Virus record (IMG/VR): IMGVR_UViG_3300032254_000001
Coordinates: 128,001 to 192,000 of that record
Source of the DNA: a virus
Lineage: Duplodnaviria; Caudoviricetes
Direction: 5' to 3' (one strand)
DNA: 64,000 bases
Of this stretch, positions 18,267 through 27,180 are shown piece by piece. Within the stretch, counting starts at the first letter, position 1; every line of letters begins with the position of its first letter. A program made the position numbers and the translations under genes. Below the pieces are notes generated by a model that worked only from the letters and a program-made list of their open reading frames with translations, had not been told where the DNA came from and searched no databases.

Positions 18267-19811
18267 ATGCGTTTTACCGAATTTAACCAAATTGACGAGG
18301 CCATTCTTTTAGAATCTCGTGGACTAGCTAGTCGTAAAGTTGGTGATGTTTTTACTTCCAATGGTGGCGAAGACATGACCTTTCAGGGTATTGAGTTTTA
18401 CCCACAGACTGGTAAATTTGAAGACCCAGAAGAACTTGCTGCTGAAATTGATAACGCAGAAAACGAATTTGGTATAATTACATGGTTAAACAATCCTCCC
18501 AAGACAGGTGGCTTTGGTGTTGTTAGCTTCGAAACTAAAAAGGGCGACATTAAACACTACGGTCGTTTCTTTAAAGTAGTTAAGGCAATGCACGATCAAA
18601 TGTCTTGGAGCAATAAAGATATCCCAGGATACGGACTTGCTAGTAAAGCAGGCGTAAAAGAAACTGCTGGCATGCAACCATCCGATGTACTAACACAAAA
18701 CGATAACAACACTCCAGCAACTATTGTAAAACAAATTGGTGCTAAGTTCGGCAAGGACCATATCCTAACTAAGGTTGCCGCTGCTGTTGCACGTGGTAAG
18801 AAATTCCCAATTAAAATTCCTGCACAAGAAGGTTTAAGCTTTGAAGCTTACCGTGATTACTTCTCTGAGATGTTACATCCAATTGCACTTATGAAACATA
18901 CAACTAGCGGCAATGCATCTGAAGCAGAGCAGCAATTCCTACCTGGCAGTAGCTTTGCAGAATGCTCTATTAGCTTTAGTACTTCAAAGACAGAAGGCCT
19001 AAGTGATAGTATCCTAGTTAACCCAGAAGGCCAGAACATTAAGGTTAGCAGTAAAGGTAAGTCAGGCGGCGCTCAAGCAAGTATTAAAAACTTAACAGAT
19101 GCTATACACGAATTAAAGAATCCGAAGCTAATTAAAAAGCACAAAGAAATTATCGACCTTATTGATACTGTAACAAGTGCTGGCGCTAAGGAAGCTCCTA
19201 GCGAACTTGCAATACATTACAAAATGATTAATCCAAAGGAAGCAGGATTAATTACGCGCATGGCAACACTAGTAGACAGTGGCAAGCTTAATCACAAGAA
19301 GGTCCTTAAAGGTGGTTACCTAACTAAGAGATTACAAAAGATATATGAAAATCGTGTAGCTAAAGATGCTTCTAAAGTAAATCCACATGCACATATGGTT
19401 GCCGCTCTTGCGTTCTTAGTAAGTGATCATATCAACAATAAATCTACATTTAGTAAGTCAGCATCAGAAATACTTAACCACGCAGGTTTAGTTACTGTTG
19501 ACACTAAAGCAAAGGAAACTAGCAAGGAATGGATCATAGAAGATTTCGAATCTAAATTCCCAGGTGAATCAATCACCGGTGTATTATTATCAGCACAAAA
19601 GAACTATTCAAGCACAATGTTCCGTGGTAACTTTACATTTAAGATTCTTAAGAACAATGCAAATCCAAAAGTATTTGCTGATGTGAAACCTGACGATGCG
19701 CCAGATAAGAAGAAAGCACCTAAGAAGAAGGCTGCTAAAAAGAGTTTGTCTGCTGCGAGTGGTGGTACTAAGAAACCTGCTAAAGGTACAACACAAAGAT
19801 CGAAACGTTAG
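18267..19811 (+). CDS. 514-aa hypothetical protein with head-leader-like N-terminus and Lys-rich tail
   Basis: Begins [17 protein letters not shown]; TAAATA at 18210-18215; possible PD-(D/E)XK-like core. Confidence 0.6.
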   Translation: MRFTEFNQIDEAILLESRGLASRKVGDVFTSNGGEDMTFQGIEFYPQTGKFEDPEELAAEIDNAENEFGIITWLNNPPKTGGFGVVSFETKKGDIKHYGRFFKVVKAMHDQMSWSNKDIPGYGLASKAGVKETAGMQPSDVLTQNDNNTPATIVKQIGAKFGKDHILTKVAAAVARGKKFPIKIPAQEGLSFEAYRDYFSEMLHPIALMKHTTSGNASEAEQQFLPGSSFAECSISFSTSKTEGLSDSILVNPEGQNIKVSSKGKSGGAQASIKNLTDAIHELKNPKLIKKHKEIIDLIDTVTSAGAKEAPSELAIHYKMINPKEAGLITRMATLVDSGKLNHKKVLKGGYLTKRLQKIYENRVAKDASKVNPHAHMVAALAFLVSDHINNKSTFSKSASEILNHAGLVTVDTKAKETSKEWIIEDFESKFPGESITGVLLSAQKNYSSTMFRGNFTFKILKNNANPKVFADVKPDDAPDKKKAPKKKAAKKSLSAASGGTKKPAKGTTQRSKR

Positions 19812-20047
19812 TACATGCTGTCGTACGCGGCTTCGTAAACTATTTCCGACTCTTCATTAAGTTCATCTAGTTCGTTATCTGATAACGGTGTTCCATTATT
19901 AAATTCTGCATAACCAATAAATGCATCACAAAAATCTGGATAGTCTTTTCTGTCAACGTCTTCTACTTCAAACGTATCAAAATTAACTAGGTTGATATCA
20001 AGCGGTACGCGCTTTAATGCTTCGAATGTATCTTCTGCTGTAGGCAT
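19808..20047 (-). CDS. small acidic hypothetical protein
   Basis: 79 aa; GGAG SD. Confidence 0.55.
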   Translation of the reverse strand: MPTAEDTFEALKRVPLDINLVNFDTFEVEDVDRKDYPDFCDAFIGYAEFNNGTPLSDNELDELNEESEIVYEAAYDSMY

Positions 20048-20355
20048 TGTTGCTCCGGTGTTGAATTGTTTAAAGCTGCAAGCAACCTTCCGTGGTTGCT
20101 GTCAGTGGGATTGTGAAACTCATATAGCTATTGTCATCCCCATCTATTTTCTCTTGGTTTTATATTTTATTATTTAAGTTGTCAACATGGTTTGACACGC
20201 ATAGGCCTTCTCCTAGTTAAGTTAAGTCCGGAACCCTTGTGGAGCGAGTAAGGGTTCTACGGGGTACTGCTTCTCTATTATATAGTCTCTATGTGGCTAA
20301 AAGGCCTTTATCAGTTTATTTCATCTGTACCTGACGGCTCCGCGTATGGCAAAAA

Positions 20356-20670
20356 TTATGCCAATTCTTTTTCGTACTCTTCAACATTACTTACCGCTTG
20401 CGGATAGAAGCACGAACCTTCTTTGTTCGCTACCATTATCTTAGATGCGTAGTACATCGCTTCCTTAATGATCTCACTTTCGAAATCACCAATTGGCTTA
20501 ATGTTTATAGTAGTAAACGAATTGCCAGTCACAGGATCCTTAAGGTCCGACAGAACCAACGAACCTGCGATGTAGTAACATCCGCCTAGCTCATCCATTC
20601 TCTTTAAGGCCGGGATTGCGTTCTTGTATTTCTCAACAAGTCTTACATTATGAATTAAATCTTCAGACAT
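20356..20670 (-). CDS. hypothetical protein
   Basis: 104 aa, coupled ORF. Confidence 0.5.
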   Translation of the reverse strand: MSEDLIHNVRLVEKYKNAIPALKRMDELGGCYYIAGSLVLSDLKDPVTGNSFTTINIKPIGDFESEIIKEAMYYASKIMVANKEGSCFYPQAVSNVEEYEKELA

Positions 20671-21038
20671 TATTCTGCACTCGGGTTAGTTTCTGCGGGT
20701 GCTGCTTTGCCTTTAACAATTTCTAGGCATACGGCAGCGGATTCATCATCCCAACCTTCAACTGCACATCTGGCAGCAAGTGGGTCAACTTTCTCTTTAC
20801 TAATTAATTCTTCAACTAATTTTAAGCGAGCCATTTCAGCTGTGTGCTTTGCTTCTTGCACTTCAATCTTAGCTTTTGTTGCCGCTGCTTCAGCTTTTGC
20901 TTCTTCAGGATTATAACTGTTCATGTGCATGGTGCAGGTTGTTATTGATAAAAATATAACAACAACTACCGCAGCAATTGTTCTAGTTATTAATCTGTTG
21001 AGCATAAACTCTCTTTCGTCTTTACTAATTTGTTCCAT
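20670..21038 (-). CDS. membrane-anchored hypothetical protein
   Basis: Single N-terminal TM segment followed by a coiled segment; AAGGA SD. Confidence 0.55.
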   Translation of the reverse strand: MEQISKDEREFMLNRLITRTIAAVVVVIFLSITTCTMHMNSYNPEEAKAEAAATKAKIEVQEAKHTAEMARLKLVEELISKEKVDPLAARCAVEGWDDESAAVCLEIVKGKAAPAETNPSAE

Positions 21039-21047
21039 TGTTTTTCC

Positions 21048-21710
21048 TTATCCGCCTTTGTAGCCTTTGAGTACTGCCATAGTCAGTGATTGCTCAATAT
21101 CATCTGGCGGTATTGTGAATGTTTCATTAATGCTATCGAACTTGAACTCTCTAGATTTGTCATCTAATTCTGCGCCTGGTGTAACCGCCCAAACATTACT
21201 GTTAGTCCAACGTGAGATTCGACCGATACCAAGTGACTTACCTGGCTTAACACCAATCACCCAATCACCGCGTTGAAGTTCTTGTTTGTACTTGTTAACA
21301 GGATTTTTAATTTCTGCCTTATCGTGCTTTTTTACATTGCGGACATAATTAGTTTTATGTTCGCCTAGGAGTACTTTTGCATAGGCTTCGTTAATACGCC
21401 CTTTTTGCTTGCGACCATCTACTTCGTAAATAATCGTACCACCGTAAGTTACAAGCTTATTCGGTTCATCATTCTTGCTGTTTTTATAACGCTCGGCATG
21501 TGTTTCAACTTCAACATCAACTATCCTAGCAATAGTACCGATGGTTGCTGTGCATGTGATTTCAATATAGACATTCTTAGGAACAACAATGTCGCTAGTT
21601 TTATAAAATGTGTAAACAGTATGATTCCGACCTTGCCAGTTCCTTTTTTCTTCGGACCTGACTTTAACGCCTTCGCAACTTCGTAAGATGGCTTCCATTG
21701 CTGCTGACAT
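21048..21710 (-). CDS. hypothetical protein
   Basis: 220-aa ORF coupled to the HD gene. Confidence 0.55.
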   Translation of the reverse strand: MSAAMEAILRSCEGVKVRSEEKRNWQGRNHTVYTFYKTSDIVVPKNVYIEITCTATIGTIARIVDVEVETHAERYKNSKNDEPNKLVTYGGTIIYEVDGRKQKGRINEAYAKVLLGEHKTNYVRNVKKHDKAEIKNPVNKYKQELQRGDWVIGVKPGKSLGIGRISRWTNSNVWAVTPGAELDDKSREFKFDSINETFTIPPDDIEQSLTMAVLKGYKGG

Positions 21711-22198
21711 TAGCTTGCCTCCGAAATGTCTCTAAGGTAAGCATAAGCGACATAATACTTTGCTAACCGAGCTGCTGCCTTTGGAGCAATCGTTCCGTCT
21801 GCTAAAATGTCTTCTGGCTTCATTCTGTGGATGTCACTGTTGTGACGTAAGTCAGCCATCTTAATTGCGATAGCAATAACTGATACAGACAGCTTGCGTA
21901 CATAATCCATGTATGGCACACCCTTAAGGTGCGTCATTAGCACAACGATTTCAACTGTACGTGGGTCAAAGCCTTCATCTATTAGCTTTTGAGCAGACCA
22001 CAGTTTTGGACGGTCTTCAAGCAGATCATGAAATACTGCGGCTATCATTGCTTCGGTGCCCAAGTGAGCAACACCACGCATCACATGCAAGCAATGCTCA
22101 ATATAAGGGACACCGCCCTTATCAAATTCGCCCTCGAACGCTGCTGATGTTATTGCAATCGCTTTGTCGAGTCCTGCGTATTTCACCTTATCTGCCAT
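21710..22198 (-). CDS. RelA/SpoT-type HD-domain hydrolase (stand-alone, Mesh1/small alarmone hydrolase-like)
   Basis: PYIEHCLHV, AAVFHDLLED and IKMADLRHN motifs. Confidence 0.8.
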   Translation of the reverse strand: MADKVKYAGLDKAIAITSAAFEGEFDKGGVPYIEHCLHVMRGVAHLGTEAMIAAVFHDLLEDRPKLWSAQKLIDEGFDPRTVEIVVLMTHLKGVPYMDYVRKLSVSVIAIAIKMADLRHNSDIHRMKPEDILADGTIAPKAAARLAKYYVAYAYLRDISEAS

Positions 22199-22239
22199 AT
22201 TAGTCCTCTCTTATGTGCCTTTTATCTAACTATGTACTA

Positions 22240-22268
22240 ATTATACGGTACATCTACCCAAAGGTCAA
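22240..22268 (-). promoter_or_regulatory. strong sigma70-type early promoter
   Basis: AAGG-TTGACC-17-TATAAT-TAGTACATAG, the same family as 16923 and 25647. Confidence 0.8.
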
Positions 22269-22271
22269 CCT

Positions 22272-22481
22272 TTATCTTTGCTGAAAACGGTGGTTTAAGT
22301 CGTCAATATAGCAGTAAGATGTGGCTGGTTTATCGCCCTGTGCTGCTACATGCTGTACCATAACGTTGACTTTCTGCTCTGCGATCAGCACATTTAGCTC
22401 TTCTGTGGTTATTTCACTTTGGTGCTCAAGCCCAGTTATACCATCTAGGTTGGTCCTCCAATAATATACTACGTACTTCAT
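22272..22481 (-). CDS. hypothetical protein
   Basis: 69 aa, coupled ORF. Confidence 0.45.
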   Translation of the reverse strand: MKYVVYYWRTNLDGITGLEHQSEITTEELNVLIAEQKVNVMVQHVAAQGDKPATSYCYIDDLNHRFQQR

Positions 22482-22729
22482 TCTAAATCTTCTCCAAGTT
22501 CTAAATATTCACCAGCAATTAAACCATTAACGGTGTGTACCAAGTTCCAAGTTTCTGGATGTGAATGGCCATAATTGCTAGTTACACTAACCTCAAGTTC
22601 GTTAGTGTCTTCTTTGACTTCCTTAATTGTACAGAACCAATTGAACTCCGGACTAGACATTTCTCGTCTGTACATATGTTCAATCTGCATACCAACAAAT
22701 ACTTCACCGCGTTTACGCTTTGTCATCAT
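22478..22729 (-). CDS. hypothetical protein
   Basis: 83 aa; AGGAG SD. Confidence 0.5.
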   Translation of the reverse strand: MMTKRKRGEVFVGMQIEHMYRREMSSPEFNWFCTIKEVKEDTNELEVSVTSNYGHSHPETWNLVHTVNGLIAGEYLELGEDLE

Positions 22730-23411
22730 TCATCTCCTGCAATACTTCTGCTAATAGTTCTTCATGCAATGCCATAACTTCTGCATCACGTTTAATATCG
22801 GCTTCTGTCTTTAGCATCTTCATTACTTTCTGACAGATGATATAGTTTTCTTTTGCACGTGGATCCTTAATGCGATCAACATCCGGTTCAGTTGCGCCAT
22901 CTTCATTCCAGCAACCGTACGCACCATTTACCTTAGGTAAAAACCAGTGTATGAATTCATGTATGCCTGCGCGCCATTCATCAGCTATTTCGTTTGGCAT
23001 ATCTGCTGCCTTGCCCATGTTGCAATAATTCCAACTCATTGGGTAGACACTTGTGTATGATAGCTCGTTGCCAGCAATACTTGAATGTGGAGTGCTGCAA
23101 AGATAATCAATGTGCTTCTCACGGAAGCCACGTACCACACCTTCGTACTCTAAGCGTACTGATTCACTGTCGGACATTTGATCCTGACACTTGCCAAAGT
23201 CATATGGTTCAGCTTCTTTAATATGTTCAGGCATTGGGCGATTAGGATCATCCAATACATTTGATAGTCTGCCTTTGTCGTTCCAATCGTATCCTGTTCC
23301 GTTTGTACAAAACAAAGTTTCAAGGCAATGTATACGAGTTGGATACAAACTTGGGTATTCAAGCATCATACGCTTAACTTCAAGATCTAAGCTGTTTAAT
23401 TCTCTAGTCAT
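22713..23411 (-). CDS. hypothetical protein
   Basis: 232 aa, coupled ORF. Confidence 0.55.
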   Translation of the reverse strand: MTRELNSLDLEVKRMMLEYPSLYPTRIHCLETLFCTNGTGYDWNDKGRLSNVLDDPNRPMPEHIKEAEPYDFGKCQDQMSDSESVRLEYEGVVRGFREKHIDYLCSTPHSSIAGNELSYTSVYPMSWNYCNMGKAADMPNEIADEWRAGIHEFIHWFLPKVNGAYGCWNEDGATEPDVDRIKDPRAKENYIICQKVMKMLKTEADIKRDAEVMALHEELLAEVLQEMNDDKA

Positions 23412-23668
23412 TATCCGTGATCCTCATCTGAGATATAGCCAATGCGAATACCATCTTCTGGCTTTTGGTCTTTAAAGTGTAGGTACAGCATTTCGTCTGG
23501 TTGAATAAAGCAACCTTCAACAATGGAAATTGTCATGCCCATCATCTTCATGCCTTTGCGCTTGCCGGAATCTAATATCATGTCTTCAACTGATATCCAT
23601 ACATCAGACTTGCGCATCTCACCATTCTTATTATGGTACATAGGCGTTAAGTAGTGTAACCATCTCAT
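23411..23668 (-). CDS. hypothetical protein
   Basis: 85 aa, coupled ORF. Confidence 0.45.
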   Translation of the reverse strand: MRWLHYLTPMYHNKNGEMRKSDVWISVEDMILDSGKRKGMKMMGMTISIVEGCFIQPDEMLYLHFKDQKPEDGIRIGYISDEDHG

Positions 23669-24093
23669 GACTGCTGACTCTTTAATTTGTTTAGGATCAT
23701 GTTCTTTGGAACATCACGCACTGCCTTGCCTGCGTATATTGACACAATATAGAACAATGCCAGTATATAATGACCGAACCAAATAAAGGTACATGTCAGA
23801 GCAAGATCAAATGCTAGGTCAATTGGGAATGGTATAACAGACTGCGGCATTCGCGCAAATGTTTCTCGAAGATCGCCTTTGTTATCGTTATTATCAAGAT
23901 CATCGATGAACAGGCCAAACATTATCAGTACACCAAGTAAACCAGTAATCCAGGCCATAAACAAGGCAACATTTTTTGCACCTTCAACCTGTTCAAAGAA
24001 ACCGTAATATAAACACGCTGCAAAGATCGTATTAACTACGATGTATCGCGCATAAAGATATGCTGGATGTTCTCCTATAGCTTTCCAGCTCAT
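23665..24093 (-). CDS. membrane protein
   Basis: 142 aa with about four hydrophobic segments. Confidence 0.55.
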   Translation of the reverse strand: MSWKAIGEHPAYLYARYIVVNTIFAACLYYGFFEQVEGAKNVALFMAWITGLLGVLIMFGLFIDDLDNNDNKGDLRETFARMPQSVIPFPIDLAFDLALTCTFIWFGHYILALFYIVSIYAGKAVRDVPKNMILNKLKSQQS

Positions 24094-24296
24094 GCAAATA
24101 CTCCTAACTTGTTAGACCAAAACCAAACTTGAAACATTACAGATGGATACATAATGATATAGTGAGTTGGTGTTATTTCAGTAAATGGAATGATAGCTGG
24201 TAACGTAACCCCGTTGCCAATCATCGCCCCAAACATCTTAAAAAATCCGGTAATTATGGCACAAGCCGTAAAAATAAATGCTATTTCTATAATCAT
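24090..24296 (-). CDS. small membrane protein
   Basis: 68 aa, hydrophobic, with overlapping start and stop. Confidence 0.45.
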   Translation of the reverse strand: MIIEIAFIFTACAIITGFFKMFGAMIGNGVTLPAIIPFTEITPTHYIIMYPSVMFQVWFWSNKLGVFA

Positions 24297-24457
24297 AAGT
24301 CTTCCACTAGTTCGTATGAGTTATTATACACGTATTCTAGGAACACGTCTTCCACTGTTTTGCCAATTTGTGCTGCAAACCATGCAATGATATAACCGTT
24401 TTTCCAGTTCTTACCAGTCTCATAACCATCTTTATAAAAGTTGCGGTTGTTACCCAT
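24293..24457 (-). CDS. small hypothetical protein
   Basis: Start re-called to MGNNRNF (ATG overlapping the upstream stop). Confidence 0.4.
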   Translation of the reverse strand: MGNNRNFYKDGYETGKNWKNGYIIAWFAAQIGKTVEDVFLEYVYNNSYELVEDL

Positions 24458-24656
24458 TTTCACTGCCTGCTTCGTAACCTTGTTCGTAACCTTCGTCATT
24501 GCCATCTGAGTAGCAAGACTCGCCATATGATTCTAAAGAGCTAACCTTCCAGCGATCTGTTTTAAATGTCTGGTTGTCTTTGTACTGATCACATGCTACT
24601 TTTGGTCCTGAGAACAGAACGCTTGTGCCAATATGAACTACGTATACTTCAAACAT
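24450..24656 (-). CDS. small acidic hypothetical protein
   Basis: 68 aa, coupled ORF. Confidence 0.45.
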   Translation of the reverse strand: MFEVYVVHIGTSVLFSGPKVACDQYKDNQTFKTDRWKVSSLESYGESCYSDGNDEGYEQGYEAGSENG

Positions 24657-24799
24657 TATATCGATGCTCCTGCTGCGTCTTCGTGCATGCCTTCAATCTC
24701 TTCGCGTAAACGTTCAATCTCATCAGCTGCTTCATTGCAGTAATCTGGAGACCAATAATCGCCAACACTGTTCTTTCTCTCAGCAGCTATGTCTCGCAT
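24656..24799 (-). CDS. small hypothetical protein
   Basis: Likely start MRDIAAE; contains NEAADEIERLR. Confidence 0.4.
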   Translation of the reverse strand: MRDIAAERKNSVGDYWSPDYCNEAADEIERLREEIEGMHEDAAGASI

Positions 24800-24812
24800 G
24801 ATTTCTGTGATA

Positions 24813-24998
24813 TCAATGTCTGCCACGGAACGCTCCAGTGATGCTACGGCTACGGTCACTAGCTAATGACTTAACAAGCTCTGACCGTAGCTGTTTACGT
24901 TTATGATAAATCATATCGCGACCTAGTTTACATTCACACATATCCATGTCGCCGCCCATTGCGTTGATTCGTACTGCTAGTGAGTTTGAAGTTTGCAT
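24813..24998 (-). CDS. small hypothetical protein
   Basis: 61 aa with a strong AGGAG SD. Confidence 0.45.
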   Translation of the reverse strand: MQTSNSLAVRINAMGGDMDMCECKLGRDMIYHKRKQLRSELVKSLASDRSRSITGAFRGRH

Positions 24999-25009
24999 TC
25001 TGTGATCTC

Positions 25010-25282
25010 CTAATCGTTAAATACAATTGCCGTAATATTCTTCAGTGCTGAATCACGTGTGTATGCTTTAAAGTGCCAAGCTTGCAATTCACCTTCGTTG
25101 CTCTTTTCTTCATGATCTAAATAAAAAGTAAGTTCCTTGCCTGTGCGAGCACTTACCATCTTAAAACCTGCGTCAGCCGAGTCTGGGAAAATACGCTCCA
25201 GACGAAAATCAATATCTGATGCTTCTGCGACAAACTCGTTGTCGTCTTTGTAGTACGTAAAACCTGTAGAGTTAATAACCAT
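25010..25282 (-). CDS. hypothetical protein
   Basis: Start re-called to MVINS, 1 nt after the upstream TAA. Confidence 0.5.
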   Translation of the reverse strand: MVINSTGFTYYKDDNEFVAEASDIDFRLERIFPDSADAGFKMVSARTGKELTFYLDHEEKSNEGELQAWHFKAYTRDSALKNITAIVFND

Positions 25283-25283
25283 C

Positions 25284-25613
25284 TTATGAACACCAATAGT
25301 TTTCTGAAGCTGGGCTAGTTGAATAGTTTGCATTAATGCTTTCCTGGAACTCTTCTCCAGTCATTGCATTTTTGCGAGTAACTGTCTTTTCAATGTTCTT
25401 GTTAAACTCACCTAGTTCAGCAATTGCAAAATCTTCTTTTACATATGGTGTCTCAGTGTCATACTGGTAACCAAGCTTGCCTTTCTTGTCTAAACGTGTA
25501 AGAGCTGCTTTTGCTGCACTTTCACTTTTATAACGTTCTATGTAACATCCAACTGAGCGAGCTGGAGCACTTAGTATCTTAGTAGTTTCTTTGTTGTATA
25601 TTACGTATGGCAT
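25284..25613 (-). CDS. hypothetical early phage protein
   Basis: 109 aa, AGGAG SD, first gene after the promoter at 25647; C-terminal SPASENYWCS. Confidence 0.6.
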   Translation of the reverse strand: MPYVIYNKETTKILSAPARSVGCYIERYKSESAAKAALTRLDKKGKLGYQYDTETPYVKEDFAIAELGEFNKNIEKTVTRKNAMTGEEFQESINANYSTSPASENYWCS

Positions 25614-25646
25614 GTTCTTGCTCCTGTTTATTAACTCTATGTACTA

Positions 25647-25675
25647 ATTATATGGCTTTTTGGGCAAAAGGTCAA
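25647..25675 (-). promoter_or_regulatory. strong sigma70-type early promoter
   Basis: AAAGG-TTGACC-17-TATAAT-TAGTACATAG. Confidence 0.8.
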
Positions 25676-25703
25676 CCTTTTTGTTACTTTATTTGCACTA
25701 TAT

Positions 25704-25788
25704 AAATCAATGACTTACAAATTAGTTGCAAATTAATTACATTAGCAAAATCAATGACTTACGTTAGCTAGCAAAATCAATGACTTAC
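25704..25788 (+). repeat. three direct repeats AAATCAATGACTTAC matching the IHF consensus
   Basis: Copies at 25704-25718, 25748-25762 and 25774-25788. Confidence 0.7.
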
Positions 25789-25832
25789 ATGCCCTACATT
25801 AACATGCACTAATTTAATGCATAAATACTACA

Positions 25833-26657
25833 ATGAACGAAGACACAAAGCAGTACATCCGGGATGCGATAACCAATGATACGCTTGAAATAAAATACCA
25901 ACCGCAATTTTCCGTGATAGAGGGCAGTGGCACCAGGGCAATATCTAACCCAGGGCAAGTTCTAGAGCGACTTAAGATATCAGGTGTCGAGGCACTAGTC
26001 CGCCCAGACACTAACGTATGTCACATTGAGACACTGCTTAAAGTAGCCGTAACATCAAATCAAATAATCGACTTAGGCTATCACATAATGAGAAAGGCTG
26101 TCGAACAACTTAAAGAGTGGATAGATGACAACGTAGTTTGTAATTCATTCTCAATGTCAGTTAATGTGTCAGCTGAGCAATTACACGATAAGCACTTTTG
26201 CGCAAATGTATGTGGTATCGTAAACGATGCAGGAATTAGTCCACACCAGCTAACAATAGAACTTACTGAGACCTCAATGATTAGCGATGTGAATGTCGCA
26301 AAGATGTACCAGCTTTCGACGCATGGTATTAATATTTCAATTGACGATTTCGGAACAGGTTACAGCTCATTGGGTAGATTAAAAATGATGCCGTTTAATG
26401 AACTTAAAATAGACAAGATGTTTATAGACGATATCGGAAAGTCGTTCGAAGACGTTGCTCTTGTTACTGCGATATATCAGTTAACTACTGCGCTTGATAA
26501 ATTTACTATTGTTGAGGGAGTAGAAAACGGAGCTCAATTTTCACTACTGCGAACAATCGGGTTTACATCTTTCCAAGGTTATTATTTTAGTGCTTCTGAG
26601 ACTGCTACGGAGATGACTGATATTCTTAGCCTAACAAACTCTTTACACTCTCAATAG
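25833..26657 (+). CDS. stand-alone EAL-domain c-di-GMP phosphodiesterase
   Basis: YQPQ, EALVR, VNVS, IELTE, IDDFGTGYSSL, LKIDK, VEGVE and QGYYFS are all present. Confidence 0.92.
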   Translation: MNEDTKQYIRDAITNDTLEIKYQPQFSVIEGSGTRAISNPGQVLERLKISGVEALVRPDTNVCHIETLLKVAVTSNQIIDLGYHIMRKAVEQLKEWIDDNVVCNSFSMSVNVSAEQLHDKHFCANVCGIVNDAGISPHQLTIELTETSMISDVNVAKMYQLSTHGINISIDDFGTGYSSLGRLKMMPFNELKIDKMFIDDIGKSFEDVALVTAIYQLTTALDKFTIVEGVENGAQFSLLRTIGFTSFQGYYFSASETATEMTDILSLTNSLHSQ

Positions 26658-27180
26658 TATCTAGTGTTACATTGTCAAGCTCACGTGCCCAGCTAGCTAG
26701 TTCGTGAGTGTAATCAACTAATACAAATTGAGTCATAGGATTTGTTTTTATTATTTCGCGTACATTAAAATAGTATTCTTCTCGTAGTACTCGTTCAGCT
26801 TCGTCGTCTGTGTTTAGTATAGGACTAAAATTAAAACCTGCCATTAGTACAATATCAAACTGTGGTACTGCAAGATTCATTGCAACGATGTCATCTTTGT
26901 TAACAATCGCTTCGTTCTTAAACTGACCATTGAACAACTTTACACCCAACGGGCTGCCAACTTTTGTGTAGCTTTCTTGCATGATGTGTAGAGTGCAAAC
27001 TGCATGGAATGCACGTTGGATTAAATTCTTAGCGTCAGCAGTTACCGAGCAGATACAGTTATCTGGTCTGTACTCTTTCCATGTCTTCCAACTACCCCAG
27101 GATATTGCTGTTTCTTTAATAACACTTGGATCTAGTACGCCGGTTGGAATGTCTTCGCTAATTATCCAACATACTTTCAT
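26626..27180 (-). CDS. hypothetical phage protein
   Basis: 184-aa ORF coupled to the upstream gene. Confidence 0.55.
   Translation of the reverse strand: MKVCWIISEDIPTGVLDPSVIKETAISWGSWKTWKEYRPDNCICSVTADAKNLIQRAFHAVCTLHIMQESYTKVGSPLGVKLFNGQFKNEAIVNKDDIVAMNLAVPQFDIVLMAGFNFSPILNTDDEAERVLREEYYFNVREIIKTNPMTQFVLVDYTHELASWARELDNVTLDTIESVKSLLG

Noticed and set aside
17588-18376. Extended 262-aa ClpP overlapping the 18267 gene
   Set aside because: The canonical ClpP N-terminus and GAGGAG SD place the start at 18172.
16980-25788. 15-bp repeats as a CRISPR array
   Set aside because: They are too short and irregularly spaced (26-118 nt), no cas genes are present, and they match the IHF consensus.
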